Positions 25,914-40,399 of a DNA stretch of 64,000 nucleotides are shown here, piece after piece (position 1 is the stretch's first letter; each line of letters begins with the position of its first letter). The translations under genes were made by a program, and so were the position numbers. The notes under the pieces were generated by a model that was not told the DNA's origin, ran no database searches, and saw only the letters and a list, made by a program, of their open reading frames with translations. The DNA comes from Octopus vulgaris (lineage: Eukaryota), in NCBI GenBank assembly GCA_951406725.2, contig OX597818.1:74772001-74836000 (forward strand). Reading direction: 5' to 3'.

Positions 25914-28113
25914 GAAGTAGGAGGTTGAAAACTGCACAAGAAGTCGCAGCGCTTTCTGGGCGATTGCAGGATATTCCTTTTCAACCAGCAACCAAACTGC
26001 ATTCAGGTAAAGCTCAGAATGCTTCAAATGTAATGTTCTGTTTATTTAAAACACTGGCAAGTTCTTCTTCTTCTGTTAATGTGAACTGTTCTTCAAATGG
26101 CTCAAATTCCACAAATGGGTCATACTGGTCAACAGATATCGATGGAAAATATTTGTCAAGATTTGTTAACAAAGTGTGCAAATAGTTCAAAATCAGTAGC
26201 GCAGTTTCTTGACAATTCCTTTTAAAAACACTTCCAAATTTCCTACAGCTATGCGTTTCTTCCATATTGTCAATTTCTTCTGAAAAGCATTTATTTTGTC
26301 AGTAGAAGACAAGATATTTTCGTTCCTGCCCTGCTTGCCATTGTTCAAGAGGCTTAGCTCATGAAATATATCGGCAAGATATGCTAACTTGGAACACCAA
26401 TGGTCATCACTCAAACATTCTACAAAGTCTTTCAGGTTTTCTTGGAAACAAAAGGTCAATAACTCTTCTCTTAATTGGTAGAAACGAGAAAATACTTTTT
26501 CTCTTGACAACCATCGTATTTCTGTGTGCTGGATTAAGGTGGTATGGTCTGCGCCCATACCCACACAAAGTTTCGCAAACTGTCGACATTTAAGTGGCCT
26601 CATTTTGAAGTAATTATCTATTTTCACTACCATATCCAATGCAGATTTTTGTTCAGATCCAAGCGTTTTAGCAACTAGTGCTTCTCTATGAATGAAACAT
26701 TTGGATTTTATTTTTGTACCAAAGTGGACAAAGCCTTTAAGACATCCTGTCATTGCAGGGGCACCATCTGTACAAATACCAACGCAGTTTTTCCAGTTCA
26801 ATCCACAATACTCTAAGTATGAATTTAAAACATCAAATACATCTTGTCCTTTTCTTGTTTCTGGCAACTCTTTGCAACACAGGACGTCTTCTACAATAGC
26901 TTCATCATTAATAAAACGAACAAATACAAGGAGTTGTGATTTGCCAGTGATGTCTGTACTCTCATCAACTTATGTTTCAGTATTTTTGACTTAATATTGC
27001 ACTCAATGTCTCCTGACTTATTATGTTGTCAGAAGGTGGAATTTTATTCAGCTCTGATGCAGCATCCTCTCCAAACATTATCCTCACTATCTACTGGCAT
27101 GCAGGTAAAATTACAGTTTCAGCGATGGTATGAGATTTCATTTTTCTTGCAACTATCTCCGCCACAGCATAACTTGCTTCTTGTCCTTTGTCACTCAACT
27201 TGAACTTTTTGGCAAACATAGAAACTTGCCTTTTATTAAATGCCAATTCTCTTTTAAAATATTGTTCTTTTTTGCCTGACAACTCTGAATGTTTAGTCGT
27301 TAAGTGTCGTTTCAGTTTGGCTGGTGCCATAGCACTATTAGCCAGCTTCTCCCCAGAAACAGTACACAAAGGTGAAGGGCAGTCTGGGTTTCCAGTTCAA
27401 GTAAATCCCAGAGCTATATAGTTTTCACAATATTGACGAACTTTTAGTTGCAGGTTAATTCCATCATTTCTTGGTAATTTCGACGAGGCAACATCACTGG
27501 CAGTTGCTGCAGCTTCAACAGACTGTCTCAGACCCTGCATCTGTTCATCTGTATCTGCCTTACGTTTTTTTTTTCAGAAATCTATCCATACTTGTAAGGC
27601 AGTAAGCAGAATTGTATATATATATAAAAGCAAACCTAATAGTGGCAGGACAAAATGATCTTTAAAGTGTAGCGAGTTTAATGATGTAAAATTTAGCTTT
27701 TTTTATTAATGCTTTTTAGCAATAGGTATTTGATTATATTTAAATAATATGCATATAATAATAAAATAGATTTTCGGATTTGAATTTAAAATAGTTATTT
27801 GTTCATTGGCTCAAGTTTCTCATCGAGTTTTTGATGAGAATAAATGTAATCTATTCAAACTAAAATTTTTTAAATACATGTTTTATAATAACTGTAGATG
27901 CAAGAATAAAATTGCATATGTACGTGACAATTTTTTTACACTTTGAGTTTTTATTGTAAATAAATCTGAACATGAGTATTTTCATTTCATTAATAAAATG
28001 CTGGGTTTTTTTTTTTTTTTTTGTGCATAAGACAAATTATTGCACAAGGGTTCCTCGAGCCAGTGGAATGTTTTCTTGGGGTTCCGCTCCAGCAAAAGGT
28101 TTGAAAAGCACTG
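25914..28113 (-). mobile_element. hAT Buster-family transposon (5' TIR present, frameshifted transposase)
   Basis: TIR cagtgcttttcaaacc at 28113; MDRFLKK start at 27589; BED-like LANSAMAPAKLKRHL..KH; DESTD; ICTDGAPAM; CFIHREAL; TEIRWLS; LAYLADIF; FSTSY.C. Confidence 0.92.
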
Positions 28114-29611
28114 ATATATATATACACGTACATACATACATACATACATACATACATACATACATACATACATACATACATACATACATACATACATACA
28201 CACATACCAATCCTTACACACGTAACAAAATTGTTACCTAGCAAATACTCTAAAAGCATCACATATAATCATGTGTTTGAATGCGAGAGTGCGTGTATGT
28301 GTGTATCCTTTGTTTTTGTAAACATATCATTGTATTACATTCTTGGATATTCACCGAACCAATTAAATTGTATGCATTCGTACAAGTACCAACTGCTCTT
28401 ATAAACTTAAATCATTTGTCACCATTCTATAATCATATATTTCTCAAATATCTACGTCAGCAATCTATATCAGAGATGGCCTTTGAAGAGACACATAGCT
28501 CTTCTACTCTCTTAACTAAAACTCATAATACACCAATCTGGTCTTATACCTAAAGTTATGGGGTTTTTTGCTTGGTCACATAAAATAAATATTAGGTTAA
28601 TGCAATATGTCCCATTGCATAATAGTTTATATATATATATTTATCTTTGAGTTGTTAGTGAAAATTGCCTTTTATTGACTAAAATTCTGTGCAAATTAAA
28701 TTCCTGTATCATTTGTAAGCTGCTGTAAAACCAGCAACTATATGCTTATATCACACAAATATCGATAAAGCATTCAAGGCATGGCTAGTATATAAATTAA
28801 TATTAGATTTTAAGTTTATGATTACACTATAAATTTAATATCATAGGGTATATCTTAAATATTGATTTTATTCTGGAGACTAGCTCTGAATATCTGTGGT
28901 AAAAGCAGTTACATGTGTTTCCTACCAAAGTCATGTGCTGATAATTTATGTTTGTGTATATCGGAACCATATGGATGCAAATACTTTATGTAACACGTCT
29001 ATCAATAATTTTGAAATTATTTCGTAGGATGGTCAGCTAAGTTCCATTATATTGCAGAATCAAATTTCAATTATAATGATTTTCCAACTTTACTGTGGTG
29101 TTGCAAATATTCAGTTCATCACGGGTTTTCAAAAATAAACCGACCAGTACCTCTGTTCTCTCAGCCTTAGTTATACAAGGGATTTGATAAACTAGTCTAT
29201 AAATTAAAACTGGCCCCATAAAAACAAAAAATATCAGTGACGGGCAAAGTCTCTAACAATGTATATCTTCTTGAAAACTTAGTGACCTCTATCCTGGAGT
29301 GAGGCAGCATGTTCTTTATCTATCTCCTTAACTTCTTGGATTTTAGGTATAATTATACTAATGTATCCATCTGATCTAATTTAATTAAATTCTATGTCTT
29401 TGTGCAGCTGAAGATTGCTCTGCATTTTAAATTTATGTAATGATTGCATTGTTCAATTAAATTCAGTTGCATGAAGCGATCATACTGCATTACCTCTGAA
29501 TATCCTTGTTGCTTATTTTGAATATATATATATATAGTATATATATTATATATTATATACATAGATATATATGCGTGTGTGCGTATGTGCGTGTATGTTT
29601 GTGTGTTTGTG

Positions 29612-29661
<50 letters not shown>

Positions 29662-30398
29662 CACATAAGACGGTTCTTATTGAGCTATTTTAACTCTTAT
29701 TTCTAGCAATACTGGTGCTGAATAACGCCCTCAGTCGCTTTAATGAGGCATATATTCTTGCCGCTTGGTTGAAAAATTGCTAACAAGCCAGCCTTGTTAT
29801 TTATAATTTACACCTTTACCATTTATGAAATCAGCGTATGGTTTCTACAGTGATCTTATAAGCTGACAAGGCGAATAGAGATTAACCGAAGCCGAGCATT
29901 AATGTAAATGCAAAGTCACTGGTGATCTGGCTATGCTCGGTGCTTGGGGAGCTTGCCGCCTTTGTCAGTCAATAAGATAGCGCTTATTTATGGTGGTTAT
30001 AAGTTGTTTTGGCTCTTATTTCTAGAAAAACTGAATAGCGTCTTCAGTCACTTTACTGGAGTACATACTCTTGCCTTCTATTTGAAAAATGAATTATATA
30101 TATATTTATATATATGTATATTTAAAACAAAGTAAACTTGCTACTAATGTAGCTCAAAATATGTTTTGAACTACATTAGTAGCAGTATGGATTTTCCCTT
30201 TTCTTGCTCTGCTAGAGAATTTGAGTAAAATTATATTTATGTGTCCAACTGATTAAACAAGTCTATTCGTTTATGCTGCTGAGGATAGCCCAGCATTTAT
30301 ATTGATGTAATGATTGCATTGTTCAATTAAAAGGATCCGCTTGAGAATGTCGTCGTGCATCACCTCTTGATATCCTGTTACTTATTTTGGTTATATAT

Positions 30399-31128
<730 letters not shown>

Positions 31129-31151
31129 CATATATATATATATATATACAT

Positions 31152-31237
<86 letters not shown>

Positions 31238-32003
31238 ATATATATATACAAACACAAAGGAATGGAGAATTATACATTCTTTAATCAGCTAACGAACATT
31301 TCCAATAGATTGGCACATTCCAGAATTCCGCAATGTCGTTATTATCTTTATTGATTGATCCCATATTTGATCGACTATGATAAAACATGAACATCATAAC
31401 ACACTGCTTACAAATGAGAGCATTTTAAGTGAGATTGATAGTAATGACATTAAAATTGTTTGACCAATAGAAGTTGTACACAGGTGTTTCAGCAGACACA
31501 CTTAGGAATCGTATTTATCACATTATGCAAATATCGTAACATGACATTGCGACAGAGAGAGAGAGAGTGAGAAAGGGACAGTATAGATACTGACATTGAT
31601 ATATATGTAGATATTTAAAAGATTTATTCAATTTACAATAGAGCACCTCTTCCAATAAGGAACTGATTGTCCATACAATAAATGGCTTCACACGTTCACC
31701 AACTGAAATTGGAATTAATGTTATAATTGAAGGAAAATTTATCTACATTTATTTAAATTGCAATTACCGACGAAATGATGGTTATATTGTATGAAGTCCA
31801 CTATTAAAACACATGTACAATGGTAATTTGAATAAATCATTTTGAACGTCATATTACTGTATGGATTTTCTTTTTTGCGACGTGAACTAATTAACTACGT
31901 AGGCAAATGTGTTTATAAATCACATTTTTTATTGAAACTTATACTAAACACACACATACATACACACATACGTACATACATACATACATACAAGCGTGCA
32001 TGC

Positions 32004-32054
<51 letters not shown>

Positions 32055-32943
32055 TGTGTGTTCTTTGCTGTTCTCGTTTACCTTTATATTAATTCTAATG
32101 GAAAATTTCAACTCTGCTCAATTATGTGAGATATGCAAGCCAATATGTCATCCTGATCAGAATTATTCCATTTATCATAACGTTGGCTTAGAATTATATA
32201 GGTCTAAAATGTCTGCTAATTAGATAAACGGTGTGAGTGTGATTTGTGTCGATTGGCTAGCGTTTTTATTAAGCCAAGTGACTGATTACCGGCTAACTTA
32301 CTTACTCATGAATATTTTTAGAACATATATTATACTTAGCGTATTTCAGGAATTCCTTCAGTACAGAAACATTACACTCTTGATAATCATATTCTAACGT
32401 AAAAATCTCTTTCATGGCATATTGTACGATACATGCAAGCGATTGGCTATGGATGTCAGTGTTTCGCGTTACATATTTCCATGTTATAACAATATTTTTA
32501 GCAACGCCACAATTCTGCAAGTGGCAGATTGCTGTAGTATATTGCAGCCTGTCACCATTACTTTATAAACGACTATCAATGCATCCCAGCGTTGCCCGGG
32601 TGTTATGACCTACTTCCACATTGTACTATTTGTTTCTTTCTTATGGGTAAAATCGGCACAAGGATGTAAAGAATCGGAATACGTATGAGGACGTAGAGGT
32701 ATCCGTATTGCAGGAAGTAAGGGACATGGAAAGAAAGCTGCTTCGTTGTGAAAAGCACCGGCTCTGTAAAGTTTGGGTAGACTGCACACTTCAACATATG
32801 TTAAGTGAAGACGATAATGCCCCTGAGTAAAGTATGTTCTGTGTAAGTCCAGTGTTGGTAGAATAAATATACAAGTCATCTGCACTGATAATTCGAGAGC
32901 ATGCGACATATAGTTGTCCATGAAAAAAGCAGAGTATTTGTTA

Positions 32944-33935
32944 ATTGAGACCCACAACTTTTAAAGTTTGACCTTGAGTTTTGTTGATTGTCATAGCGAA
33001 GCACATTCGCACTTGGAACTGGAGGCGTTTGAATTCAAATGGCACATTTAAGGGAATAAGGAGCATGCGATTTCTCCTTGACGACAGCCGGCAATAATGG
33101 TTGCTTCTAGCACATGGCTTGTCATTGTAGTTACAGTCAATCTTGTACCATTGAATAGTCGTGGTGGATAAATGCAATTTTCTGTAGGAACGATGTATAA
33201 GGTGGCAGTTTGTTGGTTGTAGAGAGTTGAGACATTCAACTGGATACTGAAGAGTAGCATGTTCGTCGATGGTAGTATCAATGGAGACAAACGTTGGAAC
33301 ATCTCTCGGTAGACCGTGGAGGAGTTCATGGACTACTTTATCAACGCTTTCATTCCGAGGTGAAACCAGGCTATGTTTTTTCTAAGTTGCCTTGCTATGT
33401 GGGAAATACTTTTTCTTTAAGCTCGGCCAATGTAGACATCATGTGACCACATTGCAGTACATGATATTTCAGGGTGTTATTCAACGGTAAGACGCTATTT
33501 CCTATTTGTAGAAGTTGATGAGAGAATTCCTCAACTAAGGGGTCGTTATAGAGATGAGCTTAATGAAAGCTGACGAAAAAACCTCCAAAGTGGTGAAGAC
33601 TTCAGATATACATAAATCTCGTCAGCTCGCGTAATTCGTGGTTTGACTGGTAATATTTGATGGAAATTCATGCGAGGACAACAGTCCTCCCCCCCATAAA
33701 CGCACTATTGTTTCTAATATCCCTTACTCACCTATCTAGGGCTTCTAGTGCACCACGGTGTGCCATCGTGCAGTCATCCCAGATTATAAATGTAGTTTAT
33801 AAACGTCGGTGATCGTTTTGAAATATTGTAAATTTGGGCATCACTGAAGTGAGTTTTCTGGAGCAGGAATAGAGGCAGTTTCTTTGTGGCCCTTGTTTGT
33901 AGAGATAAATTAGAATGTCTTCGTTTTGGAGGCAT
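32944..33935 (-). mobile_element. Helitron RepHel relic (Pif1-family helicase motifs)
   Basis: MAHRGALEALDR, FMGG, QILPV, PRLFNGTRL, FKRLQFQVRMCFAMTINKTQGQTLKVVG; N-terminal MPPKRR at 33935. Confidence 0.88.
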
Positions 33936-35578
33936 GGCTAAAAAGAGCGACCGATTAAGGATCATATAAGATGGAAGATATAGCAATTTGAAGTTGTGTA
34001 TTGTATAATTTCATTTTTTAGTAACGAATGAAGAGATGTGTTAATGTCAATTTGTATACCGTTATTATGAGAAGAAGCGTTAAACTCTGAATGATTTGGC
34101 TATGTTCTGTATTGATAAGCGTAATGCGTTTTGTCAGCTGATATATAGTGGAGTGGATTACTGGTGTTATGTTAGTTATTGTTTGTCCAGAAGTAGAGTT
34201 GGAGGTTCAATTTGCATGAAAGTGATTTATATTCTTAAGAAGGGACACACACTATGTACTGTTTAATCGAATAAAAAGGGGTTTTTAATGATTTTTGCCC
34301 AGAAATCACGTTTTAAAAGTTAGAATTTCTCCCCTCCCCACCGAAATTTTCGAATTTTGTTTTTCATCCACCTGGAAGAATACAGAGATTACGAATGTGG
34401 CAAATATTATTTGTTTTTGAAAGTTTAGTTTTTCTGAAAGAAATACTGTATGTCCCTTCCCTGAACTCTACCAACCATCAGCAAAATATCCTGTATGGAA
34501 AACATAGGAATGTGAGTAAATTGAGGAAAGAAATATGGGGCGGGGTACGCAAATGTCATCTCGGAATGCTAGAAACAACAGGTATAGGACATGATTTTTG
34601 AGATAACATCCTTGTAAGTTTAAATGGAAGATCAGGTTTTAAAAGGCGCTCATCACAAACAGAAATAACAGAATAGGAAAAGATAATTTCCATAGGATTT
34701 AAGGCACAGCAAAAAATAACATAGTTCAAGTGTGTGTCTATGTGTGCGTGTGCGTGCCAAACGAATTTATTTTTGCATACCTTTCTTAGTTCCAAAAGAA
34801 GGAAACGTAGTGAAGTTGTGAAACGTTAACGGCGTAAGAAATTGAAAAAGAAAGATAATGTCTAATTCTACACACACGTGAAACATGGGACGAAAGTGAA
34901 AATATGCAACCCGATCTCGATTCTGGTGTTCTCAGCGTCTCCTTCTCTCCCACTTTCCCCCTCTCTGTGTGCCAACTTTCTTACACCTTCACATTTAGAA
35001 TATAAATACAGTATAAGATTTCTTCCGGCTTTCTTTCACTTTCAACTATAGGACATATATAGGGTGTGAAATATCAGCATTTCTCTGTTGCCCTCTCCCC
35101 CGTCTTTCGTCTTCTATAGAAACTTGTTTTGTGACTCTGTTTCTTTCTCTTGTCTCTCCGTCTTTTTCTCATTCTCTATTCCTCTAGCTCATTCAGTAAA
35201 ACTTTATTTGGATTCTACGCTGGGGTTATATTATTGTATGAATTGCAATTGAAAATATAGGAACTTTCTCTTATCCTTTCAATTATTAGAATGCATATTA
35301 CATTCAGTAACGTATATTATAATAACATATTTTGAAACAATGATTTTATTTTGATTTACCATAGTATTCTTACATTTCAAGGGAAAGGAAATTTATATTA
35401 ACGTCATTCATACAATTCACAATATATTATTTCAGTAAATGATGCTAAGCATTTATCTTCATGTATCGATCAATATATATTCATGCATTTATACATACAT
35501 ACATACATACATACATGCATACATACATACATACATACATACATACATACATACATACATACAGAGTGACAGATAGAC

Positions 35579-35611
<33 letters not shown>

Positions 35612-35827
35612 CACACACACATACGTACACGCAGACATATGCATATATATATATATATACACATAAATTAGAAAAAAAAAACACCTTTTATCAATTCAAA
35701 ATCAACAATTAAATTACACCATCTAGAAAATTACATATAATAGAAATATTAAAATTAAAATAACAATAATATACCGATGATTAAGTAAAATGGAAAATAA
35801 TAATAAAACCGAATATATTTGGTACGA

Positions 35828-35933
35828 TAACGACGCGTGTTTCGTGGCTATGTTTAAGAAATGATTATAGTAAAAAAAAGATAATAGTAATAGCAAAATC
35901 ACTTCGATATAAATATAGCCAATCATCAGGTTA
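35828..35933 (-). ncRNA. Type I hammerhead ribozyme with very long stem II
   Basis: Reverse complement: taac-CTGATGA-t-tggctatattta..gaagtgatt...aatcatttc..taaacatagcca-c-GAAA-cacgcg-TC-gtta; GUC triplet. Confidence 0.82.
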
Positions 35934-35975
35934 AAAATGAACTAGAATAATAAAATAATTAATTAATGAATATAC

Positions 35976-36024
<49 letters not shown>

Positions 36025-36108
36025 CACCGACCAGACCATCAGATGTTACATAGCGCTGGTTACAATGCGTTCGCATTGTTTTAGCCTTCGAATGGGCCAA
36101 TCCGCCTC

Positions 36109-36172
<64 letters not shown>

Positions 36173-36180
36173 AAATATGT

Positions 36181-36251
<71 letters not shown>

Positions 36252-36269
36252 TATATGTATACGTATATA

Positions 36270-36320
<51 letters not shown>

Positions 36321-36325
<5 letters not shown>

Positions 36326-36663
36326 GATGTACTCGCATAGCAAGTGATTTGATCTGAGATCGTGTGCTGGAACGAAAATAATTGCAGTGTGGAAGGTGTT
36401 TGTAAGCCATTTAAGAAACACACAAAAGCCGTTCGATTCACTTCAACATTTAAGTTTAATTTGTCAAAATATTTTCGTCGCTAAAATCCGCGACCTGTTC
36501 ACTCTCAAAAATCCGTGCTGCATCTCATAGTACCGATTTTTGTCAGTGAACAGGTCGCGGATTTTAGCGACGAAAATATTTTGACAAATTAAACTTAAAC
36601 ATTGAAGTAAAACGAACGGCTTTTGTGAGTTTCTTAAATGGCTTACAAACACCTTCCACGCTG

Positions 36664-36666
<3 letters not shown>
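36321..36666. mobile_element. Fold-back HHR element between (TA)n tracts (arms 36382..36513 and 36535..36666)
   Basis: About 130-bp inverted repeat with a 21-bp spacer; the left arm extends about 60 nt further. Confidence 0.87.
36539..36588 (+). ncRNA. Hammerhead-fold motif with a G3-C8 swapped core (second copy on - at 36460..36509)
   Basis: tttgtca-GTGAACA-g-gtcgc[ggatttta]gcgac-GAA-Aatat-T-T-tgacaaa: 7-bp stem I, 5-bp stem II, palindromic stem III, UUU triplet. Confidence 0.72.
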
Positions 36667-36718
<52 letters not shown>

Positions 36719-37014
36719 TTAAATTATTCAATACTTTAAAATTAATTAATATGCACAATGCTACTACAAGCCATTAATACAGTAATCAAAATAAGAAATG
36801 GTTCAAATATAGACAAACTCATTAAATAAGCTAACTATGTAATTAATATATATGTGTAGTATCTATAGATTTAATATATCACTCTATAATATAGTTGACT
36901 AAATATCAATTAATATAATACCTAATTATCTTAAATTTAATACTACTTAATAAATATACCACCTAATAATTAAATAATATATTGTCTAGTAAAAATAACT
37001 AAAGACACACCAAC

Positions 37015-37759
37015 AGCTTATTTTGATGAATTTTTTGCTTTTTAGGCTGTGTTTTGGTGGCTCGTCTTTGTGCAACGATTGTGCTGAACGTCTACGGTTG
37101 TTGTATTAGATCCATTTCTCATCACAGGTTACAATTCGATTGAAAAATTATTCATTTTTATGACAGAAAAGTACCTAAATGCCGGCTTCCAAACGTTGCT
37201 GTTTCTAATTTTCATTGAGTTCATGTGGAACACACTTATCCAGCATTTTCACTTTAACAATTTGAATTAGGTGAGTCAATAGTGTTTGCTTGCTAACAAC
37301 AAACAACAACAATAATTGACGGCCACTTTGAGATAGATCTGACTCGACGGTGGCTTTCAGTTCATCATTATCCACCTTTGTTTCTGGTCGACCACATTGC
37401 TAATTTGTGACTTCAAATTTGCCAGAACGAAATTTTGCAAACCAATTCGATATTGTCTGCTACGTAATAACATTAGAATGAAATACTCCATTAATATTCC
37501 GAGCTGTCTTTGATGCTGTATTCCCAAGAAAGAACTCATATTTCAAAACTGTACGAATTTCCGACTTAATCATCTCTAAACAAAAATAGCAAAAAAATGA
37601 CTTATAAATACTTTATAAAGCGCAAAATGTTAGGGAATAAAGAAATAGATGTATCAGCTTTCTAACAGAAAATAAGATTGTCAAAATATAATAATGGCGC
37701 AAAATGAGCAGCTGTCAAATTTACCATGTACCTTACTACAAATTTCATACTTGACCTAA
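37015..37759 (-). mobile_element. Mariner (DD34D) transposon 5' part, degenerate
   Basis: TARNIN, NWFAKFRSG, GRP, VPHEL, RIVTCDEKWI.YNN; TIR ttaggtcaagtatgaaatt next to TA. Confidence 0.88.
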
Positions 37760-38043
37760 TATTAAGGGACCAAGTGTGAAAACGATTTATCTCCAACATG
37801 CTTGAATTGCCGATACCTTCAAAACACTAGAAGCAGGCTAGAGAAAGAATATTAAAAAGAGGTCTTATAATATATACACACTTAGGAGTGGCTGTGTGGT
37901 AAGCAGCTTGCTTACCAACCACATGGTTCAGGGTACAGTCCCACTGCGTGACACCTTGGGCAAGTGTCTTCTACAATAGCCTCGGGCCGACCAAATCCTT
38001 GTGAGTGGATTTGGTAGACGGAAACTGAAAGAAGCCCGTCGTA

Positions 38044-38107
<64 letters not shown>

Positions 38108-38108
<1 letters not shown>

Positions 38109-38731
38109 GTAAATGTAATATGTGACAATTATTCGGTAGCCAAGATAAAACTCCGAGTTTCGGATGATGAGGTGGAAATCCACGCCACCATCTCTTCAGT
38201 TATCCGGCCATCGGAAAAACGCTATGAAAAATGACCGTTATACAAAGGGAAATTACTGTGTTATTGACCGCTATAAAGACAAAAGAGCTATTCGAATGAC
38301 CGCTAAGTAAGGTAAGGGGGTAAAAAGTTCATAGTATTCGCGTAAGCGTGCCTGTTCATACCTTCACATGTGCGCCCGCACACCTACATTCGTGCGCAAA
38401 CATTCATCCACCCTCACTTGAAAAACGTACACATCTTCACTCACATCCTACGCCAAATGTATATGTATATACATACAAACCCACACACACGCATACCGTA
38501 AAAGTTCATACATACGTCTACATACGCACAAGCACAAGAAAAAACAGGGTTAAGGGTAACAATACAGAAAAAAAGCATAAGGGAGTATACAAAGAGTAAC
38601 CCACGTCTATATACGGAGTTTTATCTTGACTACCGAATAATTGTCACGTATTACATTTACAAATACAAATCCTCTATTTACATAATATCGAGGGCTCTTT
38701 TTTACTTTTGTTATCTTACCGTTTTTATCAA
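38108..38731 (-). mobile_element. HHR-bearing PLE-tail insert with a 48-bp inverted terminal arm
   Basis: 38108..38155 is the reverse complement of 38614..38661; (TA)n on both sides. Confidence 0.8.
38143..38205 (-). ncRNA. Type I hammerhead ribozyme
   Basis: Reverse complement: ggataa-CTGAAGA-gatggtg-gc-gtgga[tt]tccac-ct-catcatc-c-GAAA-ctc g gag-TT-ttatct; GUU triplet. Confidence 0.85.
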
Positions 38732-38762
<31 letters not shown>

Positions 38763-39110
38763 GTATATATTTGTGTGTCTGTCTTTGTCCCCCCACCATC
38801 GCTTGACAACCGATGCTTGTGTGTTTACGTCCCCGTAACTTAGTGGTTCAGCAAAAGAGAGCGATAGAATAAGTACTAGGCTTACAAAGAATAAGTCTTA
38901 AGGTCGATTTGCTCGACAAAACGTGGTGCTCCAGCATGGCCACAGTCAAATATCTGAAACAAGTAAAAGAGTAAGAGAGAATATGTATATTATTAATTTA
39001 ATGTACAAATTGCCGATACAATTTTATAGCACGCTAACTACCAGATAAAAATCGGAGTGATTTTTATCCTTATATTCTGTTATGAATTTATATATATATG
39101 TATATGTATA

Positions 39111-39141
<31 letters not shown>

Positions 39142-39464
39142 GTGTGTGTGTGTGTATGTGTGTGTATCTTTGTATGTAAGTACGTATGCATGTAATAATA
39201 AAAAAATGGTTGAAGATGCATTAAGTTTCTCTTCGTTCACACATTTGTTTGAAAAAAACAAGTTTTATTTTTTAATAGGGGTCAGTATATTTTCCACATA
39301 TTTATATATTTTGGGAGGTAAAAATAGGAAAATTATTTCACATAACAAATATACTAATATAATATTCGTACAATAATTTCACTGGACAATTACTTATGTA
39401 TATTTTCACAATGTGAAAGAGAGAGATACGAAGAGAGCGGGGAAAGTATGTGGCGGAGCTAGAC

Positions 39465-39502
<38 letters not shown>

Positions 39503-39887
39503 TGGCAGACAGGCACAGAGAGAGGAAGACAGAGAGAAAGAGAAAGAATCAGATATTATTGAAAGATTTTCGTCTAAAAAAATGGTTTACTGACAAAAAC
39601 ACCAGCCAAATCTCTGCATGGCCAGTGTTGACCTGGGGCTAAACACAACCAGCAGAAACAAGAACTGATTTCTCTGCTGTAGACCAAGTCATTTATATTC
39701 GATTAGTTAAGGATATCTGGATACACAGCACATGATTATTGCATACATTTTCACCTGAGTTGTTTTCAACATTGTATTCTTTGTAAATGTCACATTACGG
39801 CGCAATATGTGTTGAATATGTGTGTGTATCTCTAGACAGATAAATAATAGATGGACAGCTAGCTAGCTATGTAGCTAGATGGCTACC

Positions 39888-39991
<104 letters not shown>

Positions 39992-40343
39992 CAGAGAGGG
40001 AGAGAGGGAGAGAGAGCGGAAGATTTTATATGTATGGATGACTGGTTGTATCTCCATGAATGGAAGGCAAAATGATGTATAAATGAATGAATATAATGCT
40101 GTTCAAATATAAAGCTTTCATTATCATGGAACATTGCTTTGGAATGTCTACATATATATACTCAATGACTAATATATACAGATATATAGTTTCGATTATT
40201 AAAGTTGTATTCAACAGACAAAATGTCTGATACATACTACTACATATTTACACACACTCGCGCTTATACATACATACATACATACATACATACATACATA
40301 CATACATACATACAAGCATACATACATTCATACATGCGTGCGC

Positions 40344-40377
<34 letters not shown>

Positions 40378-40399
40378 ATGCGTACATACATACACACAC

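Larger units (their letters stand above)
37884..38979 (+). mobile_element. tRNA-derived CORE-like SINE (head 37884..38043, tail about 38770..38979) split at its internal (TA)n
   Basis: ggagTGGCTGTGTGG A box, ggtacagtcc B-box remnant, accttgggcaagt CORE-like motif; 3' part ends aagtaaaagagtaagag. Confidence 0.78.

Noticed and set aside
29400-30392. Two related tails (about 29405..29525 and 30275..30392) with CTGAAGA/CTGAGGA
   Set aside because: Neither has a GAAA/stem III half; kept only as related repeat tails.
32605-32688. Short signal-peptide-like frame MTYFHIVLFVSFLWVKSAQGC..
   Set aside because: Only 27 codons with a weak donor site; not distinguishable from chance.
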